DNA of 47,774 nucleotides from an uncultured Mycoplasmatota bacterium (GTDB lineage Bacteria; Bacillota_I; Bacilli_A; Mycoplasmatales; Mycoplasmoidaceae): NCBI GenBank assembly GCA_949500635.1, contig CATAWQ010000001.1, positions 1 to 47,774 of the forward strand, read 5' to 3'. Shown piece by piece: positions 42,305 to 47,774 of this stretch (position 1 is its first letter; each line of letters starts with the position of its first letter). The notes under the pieces were generated by a model. It saw only the letters and a program-made list of their open reading frames with translations, ran no database searches and was not told where the DNA came from. The position numbers and the translations under genes were made by a program.

Positions 42305-44674
42305 TTATTTAATTTCAATAACTTCTGTTTTTGCTTTTACATTAATATTGTTTTTTAAAGTTTTAATCTTTGCAGAACCTATTGTTTCATTCAAGATAAT
42401 TACTGGAGTGATAGGATCTAATTTATTAGATTTAATCATATTTAGATTTGCAGTTACAATTTTATCTCCTACATTAACTTCGTCTCCGATTTTAACACTA
42501 TATTTAAAGACATTTTTATCAGAAAGTTTAACTGTATCTATACCAATATGAACGAGAATGTCATATCCCTCTTTAGATCTAATAGAAAAAGCATGGTTAT
42601 TAACTAATGTAATAGTTCCATTAATCGGTGAAACGAAATTTCCATTACTTGGGATGATAGCAAAACCTCTACCCATAATATTTTGGCTAAAAGTCTCATC
42701 ATTAACTTTAGTTAAAGGAACAACCTTGCCATCAACTGGTGCAAACACTTTCATTAATTGTTTAATAGTTTTAATTTGTTTTGTGTTATTAGATTTAACT
42801 ACTTTTTCAAACTTTTGATTATCAATAGTAGGTGATTTTCCAGATATTATATCTTTCATTTCATTTTTAATTCTATCTGCTTGTGTACCAAATACAGCAT
42901 ATACAGATTGCTTTGAAGGATTAACAACACCACGAGCGCCTAAATCCATTAATTGCTTTTTATCGACTTTATTAGGATCGATAACTTGAATACGTAACTT
43001 AGTTATACATGCATCAACATTCTTAATATTTTCTTTACCACCATAAGCATTAATTACTGCATTTGATAATTTGTTAATTTCAGATGTTTTACCTTCTTTT
43101 GCTGCCAAATAATCTTTTTTAGAGAATAAGTTAACACCAGCACCGTCTCTTCCTGGAGTTTTAATATCGAACTTTTTAATAAAATAATAGAAAGAAAAAT
43201 AGTAAATAGGAATTAAAACAAGCCCAATTATAACTGCTCAATAGCAATTAGCGCCTGCACCCAAACTGTCAGGTAGCACACCATAAATACAGAAATCAAT
43301 CAATCCGCCAGAGAAAGTCATACCCATATGAGCACCTAAAAGGTTCATAAATCAGAATGACATTGCACAGAAAAATGCATGGAACCCTCAATACAATCAA
43401 GGAGCTAAGAATAAGAATGTAAATTCTAATGGTTCAGTGATTCCAGTTAAGAAACTTGTTAAAGCAGCAGAAAAAATAATTGAGCTAGCTACCTTACGAT
43501 TATTACCTTTTGGAATAACAGTCACCATTGCTGCAGCTGCTGCTGGTAAAGCAAACATCATAAAAGGATATTTGCCTTGCATATATTGACCTACATTAAC
43601 AGTTGAAGAATCATCTACTAACTTAGGTAAATTTTCAAATGTTAAATGAGTTTGAACACCATCAATTGTAACAGTTTTACCAGCTATTTGAGATAAGATG
43701 AATCAACAAGATTGATCACCACCAAAAGTAGATCCATCTTTAAATGATGTAGGAGATATAGACTTAGCAAATTCAATTCAGTTAGCATAAGTGTGTCCAT
43801 CATAAACAATTTGTACAGGAGCATCACTAAAATTAATTTGTCCGCCAACTGCTGTATATCATAATGGTGTATAAAATGCGTGGTGTAAACCAAATGGAAC
43901 TAATGATCTTTCAATGTATCCAAATATAAAAGAGTTAAATCCATACGTTTTATCTCCAATATAACCTAATCCATATCCTAAATAGTACAAACCTATTCCG
44001 ATTCCTGGTCATACTAAAGAAAATAAAATTGATAGTGGAATCATTACTATGAAAGTAATAATCGGAATGAATCTTATTCCAGAAAAAAATCCAATAATTT
44101 GAGGAAGTTGAATATTTTTAAATTTATTGTATAAAAATGCTACAACAAATCCAACGGTTAATCCACCAAATACTGATGTGCATAACGATTTAATACCAAC
44201 ATTTGAAGTGAATATAGCATTAAACATCGTTATCCCTTTATCACCTTCAAATGTATAAAACAAGAATCTATATCAGTCAACTATCACTTTACCATCAGCA
44301 TCTGTATGTGTTTTTGTAATAATAAATGCACTTTGTAATGCACAAAATACAATTCAACCAACAAATGAAGATAAACCAGCAACACCAATGTCCCCTGTAA
44401 ATGTAATAGCAATCGCAACAGCAAATAACACAGCTAAGTTATCAAAAATAACTTGGCCAGGAGCTTTAATTACCATTCCTAAAACATTACCAAAACTTCC
44501 ACTAGAACAATTTGAAGCAATAGCATTACCTATTCCTAAGAATAAACCAGCAATTGGTAACATAGCAATTGGTAGCATTAAACCACGAGAAAGTTTAGCA
44601 ATAAACTCTCTTGCGCTACTACCACTCTTTTCTTTTTTTGCAGAGTGTTTTTTATTAAAGAAACTTATCTTCAT
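42305..44674 (-). CDS. ptsG: PTS glucose-family transporter, fused IIC-IIB-IIA
   Basis: Four track ORFs share one frame. I translated all three gaps codon by codon and found only TGA (789 aa). It has a polytopic IIC domain, [16 protein letters not shown], and [12 protein letters not shown]. Confidence 0.9.
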
Positions 44675-44886
44675 ATTTAAATTTAAATGAATAAAATAAT
44701 TATATCAATTGTTGTTTAATTATAAATTAAATATTTTACTTTAATTTTTAGTCGAATTTAATTAGTAATTTTATTAGAGATAACTCTCTTTTTTATAACC
44801 AAATGGTTAAATTCGTTAAAGTGTAATTTCCTTTGATGATTTTAATAATTTAACATAATAAAAAACTTCAAAATGCTTAAAGTAAC

Positions 44887-44913
44887 AAACAAAAAGACTA
44901 GTCTTCACTAGTC
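44887..44913 (-). terminator. Intrinsic terminator after the tRNA cluster
   Basis: A 7-bp stem pairs gactagt with actagtc around a 4-nt loop. On the minus strand it is followed by tttttgtttgtt. Confidence 0.55.
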
Positions 44914-44933
44914 TAAATTTATTTTATTTTAAA

Positions 44934-45009
44934 TGGTGGAGTGTGAGGGGATCGAACCCCCGACCCTATGCTTGTAAGGCATATGCTCTCCCAGCTGAGC
45001 TAACACTCC
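44934..45009 (-). tRNA. tRNA-Val (anticodon UAC)
   Basis: Reverse complement is ggagtgttagctcagctgggagagcatatgccttacaagcatagggtcgggggttcgatcccctcacactccacca. The loop is ctTACaa and CCA is encoded. Confidence 0.9.
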
Positions 45010-45011
45010 AT

Positions 45012-45088
45012 TGGTGACCTGTACGGGATTCAAACCCATGAATGCACGCGTGAAAGGCGTGTGTGTTAAGTCACTTCACCAACAGGCC
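45012..45088 (-). tRNA. tRNA-Glu (anticodon UUC)
   Basis: Reverse complement is ggcctgttggtgaagtgacttaacacacacgcctttcacgcgtgcattcatgggtttgaatcccgtacaggtcacca. The anticodon stem is cacgc/gcgtg with loop cTTTCac (anticodon TTC). There is one G-U pair in the acceptor. Confidence 0.85.
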
Positions 45089-45093
45089 AATAA

Positions 45094-45168
45094 TGGCGGC
45101 CACAGTAAGGATCGAACTTACGACCAACCGGTTAACAGCCGGTTGCTCTACCGCTGAGCTATGTGGCC
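45094..45168 (-). tRNA. tRNA-Asn (anticodon GUU)
   Basis: Reverse complement is ggccacatagctcagcggtagagcaaccggctgttaaccggttggtcgtaagttcgatccttactgtggccgcca. The loop is ctGTTaa. Confidence 0.9.
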
Positions 45169-45207
45169 AACGTATATATTAATATACCACAAATTTATAT
45201 TATTTCA

Positions 45208-45239
45208 TAAAAAAATAAAAAACCTAATTTCTTAGGTTT
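45208..45239 (-). terminator. Strong terminator-like hairpin with no annotated gene upstream of it on its strand
   Basis: An 8-bp stem pairs aaacctaa with ttaggttt around a 4-nt loop. On the minus strand it is followed by ttttattttttta. It lies 5' of the tRNA cluster. Confidence 0.45.
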
Positions 45240-45647
45240 CTTATTTGTTACATGATATTTACAAATGAATTATTAAGTTGTTTTGAGTCTATATTCAAAA
45301 GAAGTTAAGAGACTTGCATTTTATTAATTTAATTATTTAAAATTACAAATTTGTTTTTAAATCCATAATTTTTGATAACCAAACATTTTAGATGCTTGTT
45401 TTAATAATTCCTTAATTTATTTTTAGACGAATCAAATCCTAACCTAGAATCATATTAGTTTAAAAATAAATAATTCATTATTTTAAATTCTTTTTTCCTA
45501 TCAAACTCAGAAAGAACTATGACAATTCTATCTGCAATACTATTAAAGCACAGAATATTATTATTTTTAAAAAATTTTTTTAAATAATATATTTATATTA
45601 TTTATTATCATTAATATAATATAGGTACTAATCAAAAAGAATAAAAT

Positions 45648-46958
45648 ATGAAAATTATTAGTAAAGAATCAAAAAATAATAAAACTGAAATAGTTGTTAG
45701 AGCAGATAGTAAAAAATGAACTGATCAACAAACAAAAAGTTATAAGACCTTAGCTTCAAATTTAAATATCCAAGGTTTCAGAAAAGGACATGTTCCTGCT
45801 GAAGTAGCTAAAAGTAAAATCAGTGAACAAGAAGTTTTAAATCATGCCTTAAAACCAATGGTTGATGAACTATATCATGAATTAACTGCATCAAAAGAAA
45901 TTGACAAGAAAAAAATTATTGTTGATGCTTTAAATATAGATATTAAAGAAATTAAAAAGAACAGTCTAGAAGTTTGTTTCATTTTCGAAAATTATCCAGA
46001 AATTGAAGTTCCTAAAATAACTTTGTTAAAAACTAAATATACAAACCCAATTGTAGATGACAAAGAAGTTGAATCTGAAATTAATCGTATGACTAAAAAT
46101 GATTGAATGTTGACAGAAAAAGACTCTCAAATCATTGCTAATGGTGATATGGCTAATATTGATTTTGAAGGTTTTTTAGATGATAAACCATTCCCAGGTG
46201 GAGCAGCAAAAGCATTTGATCTTGAAATTGGTTCAGGATCATTTATTCCTGGATTTGAAGACCAATTACTAGGTCTTAAAAAAGGTGACAAAAAAGATAT
46301 TTTTGTTACTTTCCCAACTGACTATCACGAAAAATCATTAGCTGGTAAAAAAACTAAGTTTACAATTACAGTGAATAATATTAAACAAATCACTAAACCC
46401 GAGATTAATAATGAATATGCTAAAAAATTTAATCTACCTAATGTGCACACATTAGAAGACTTAAGAAAACACATTAGAGAGCAAATTCTTGAAATGAAAA
46501 AAATACAAGCAAGAGATGCTGTAGTTCCGTTAATTTCTCAAGAATTAATTCAAATGACTAAGGTCAGTTATATTCCTGAATCTTTACTAAAAGATGAGAA
46601 AAATAGAATTATTTCTGATACTAAAAATCGTGCACAACAAGCAAATGTTGATTACCTTAAATACATTAATACTCAATTAGGTTATAAATCTGAAGCTGAT
46701 TTTTTAAAGAATGTAGATGAAACAGCTACCAAAAATCTTATTCTTGTATTAGCTATTGAAAAACTTATTGAAGATATGAAAATTCAAGTTACAGATAATG
46801 ATCTAAATGAATATTTTAAAAAAATATCTCAATATTACGGTACGCCCGTTAATCAATTAAAACAAACTTTCGAAACTAGACTAGAAGGTCTAAAAGTCTT
46901 CTTAACTCAGCAAAAGTTATTTGATGAAATTATTAAACAAATTGCTCCTAAAATATAG
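45648..46958 (+). CDS. tig: Trigger factor
   Basis: ATG at 45648. ORFs 45858.. and 46107.. are in frame across TGA (436 aa). It has the N-terminal FRKGHVP signature and an FKBP-type middle domain, DFEGFLDDKPFPGG. Confidence 0.9.
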
Positions 46959-47226
46959 ATTTATTCCCAATAGAATGATTTGAAATAAAGATAACATCCT
47001 TCAATTCATTTTTAAATTCTGATAAAAATAAAGTTTTAACCCCTTCGTCAAATGTTGCTCCAATAAACGGACAACCTACACATGCACCTAAGATTTTTAA
47101 AGTTAAGACTTTATTTTCTAAACTAACAAATTCTATATCACCACCGTCTGCATTAATATACACTCTCACAGTTTCGAGTAAATCTTTTACTCTTGATAAA
47201 ATGTCATTTGATTGGTTTTTACTCAT
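46948..47226 (-). CDS. NifU C-terminal-domain (Nfu-like) Fe-S protein
   Basis: 92 aa. Motif DGGDIEFVSLENKVLTLKILGACVGCP. The 3' end overlaps the tig 3' end by 11 nt (convergent). Confidence 0.75.
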   Translation of the reverse strand: MSKNQSNDILSRVKDLLETVRVYINADGGDIEFVSLENKVLTLKILGACVGCPFIGATFDEGVKTLFLSEFKNELKDVIFISNHSIGNKSIF

Positions 47227-47265
47227 AATTTAAATTGATTTATATTTAAGTATATAATATTTTTA

Positions 47266-47613
47266 ATGAACATATTATCTGATTATTTTAAAATAAATAA
47301 AGTTTATAATTGCTTGGTCATCAAAATTAATCCAACATATTTAATTTTGTCAGTTTCAGGAGTAAATGGTATATGTCATATATCAGAAGTGTCTGATTAC
47401 AAAGTAAATAGTCTCAATGATTTTTTCAAAGAAGGTAATGAATATGATTTCATATTGATTAAATTAGATGAAGAAAAAAACTTATACAATTTTTCATATA
47501 AAAGAATTAATCCAAAATTATTAAAATATCATAATAAAATCATTCCCACTACTTCTGGTTTCGAAAATTTATATAACAATACATTAAATAAATTATATAA
47601 CAAAGATAAGTAA
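47266..47613 (+). CDS. S1-domain RNA-binding protein
   Basis: 115 aa. The OB/S1-like segment is YNCLVIKINPTYLILSVSGVNGICHISEVSDY. A TATAAT lies at 47253-47258, only 7 nt before the ATG. Confidence 0.7.
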   Translation: MNILSDYFKINKVYNCLVIKINPTYLILSVSGVNGICHISEVSDYKVNSLNDFFKEGNEYDFILIKLDEEKNLYNFSYKRINPKLLKYHNKIIPTTSGFENLYNNTLNKLYNKDK

Positions 47614-47690
47614 GCACTCTTAGCTCAATTGGATAGAGCATTTGGCTTCGGACCAAAAGGTTATAAGTTCGACTCTTATAGAGTGCGCCA
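47614..47690 (+). tRNA. tRNA-Arg (anticodon UCG)
   Basis: The acceptor gcactct pairs with agagtgc, followed by G and CCA. The anticodon stem is tttgg/ccaaa with loop ctTCGga. It starts at the nucleotide after the TAA of the S1-domain gene. Confidence 0.9.
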
Positions 47691-47699
47691 TTAAAATAA

Positions 47700-47722
47700 A
47701 ACTCCTGGTTTTTCCAGGAGTT
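47700..47722. terminator. 9-bp GC-containing hairpin after tRNA-Arg
   Basis: aactcctgg pairs with ccaggagtt around a T5 loop. The T-rich tail (ttatttt) is on the minus strand, so it probably terminates a minus-strand gene entering from beyond the window end. It may also stop the + transcript. Confidence 0.5.
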
Positions 47723-47774
47723 CCCAAATTGCAATTAAAAGTGCAACACCAATGATAAAATAATGGTGTGCACT

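Noticed and set aside
43684-43893. 69-aa minus-strand ORF inside the ptsG region
   Set aside because: It is in a different frame from the continuous 789-aa ptsG reading frame, which is open across this stretch when TGA is read as Trp.
47549-47734. 61-aa minus-strand ORF
   Set aside because: It runs antisense through tRNA-Arg and the end of the S1-domain gene, so it is an artefact.
47691-47774. Possible 3' end of a minus-strand gene entering from the right edge (frames ending at 47691 or 47735)
   Set aside because: Only about 40-80 nt are visible, and two frames are equally plausible. I cannot support a call. I only note that the hairpin at 47700-47722 is oriented as its terminator.

Overview
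Strongly AT-rich chromosomal segment of Mollicutes type (Mycoplasma sensu lato). It can only be read with genetic code 4. The supplied ORF track cuts almost every long gene at TGA, and reading TGA as Trp restores full-length proteins that match known families. After merging I find about 48 protein genes, 1 disrupted paralog, 5 tRNAs (Ser-GCU, Asn-GUU, Glu-UUC, Val-UAC, Arg-UCG), and no rRNA, CRISPR array or transposase.

Most of the window is housekeeping:
- lysS, rnhB, rbgA, rplS-trmD-rpsP, rluA-like, trmH-like, pepP, rpmG, mgtA and rpsU
- a long tightly packed minus-strand block: rpsF-ssb-rpsR-(FNT)-rplI-dnaB-lipoprotein-ung-(ECF-S-like)-gatCAB
- rpsD, ptsG, tig, nfu-like and an S1-domain gene

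The unusual content lies at 1-12600 and 41300-42270:
1. A translationally coupled three-gene restriction-modification operon. It has an SPPY methyltransferase, a DPPY methyltransferase and an ORF with an HNH-like motif, which is Type IIS-like logic. A (GA)n microsatellite precedes it and is cut by the window edge.
2. A family of three BspA-like leucine-rich-repeat lipoprotein genes. They share a 5' cassette (homopolymeric A tract, TATAAAT box, RBS, lipoprotein signal peptide) and a conserved 3' tail. The tracts are A20, A18 and A7. The A7 copy also carries a premature TAA and a frameshift.
3. Two of these genes lie in inverted orientation, share a perfect 317-bp inverted repeat, and bracket an intact purL-purE pair. 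This purine-biosynthesis fragment is unexpected in a mollicute.

Smaller observations:
- a degenerate AsnA-like paralog next to lysS
- a DUF2779-type two-nuclease protein
- a 13-codon upstream ORF with hairpins in the mgtA leader
- leader hairpins at rpsF and rpsD
- an orphan terminator in a 478-bp non-coding gap

All calls come from reading the sequence and recognising motifs by eye. No database search was possible.
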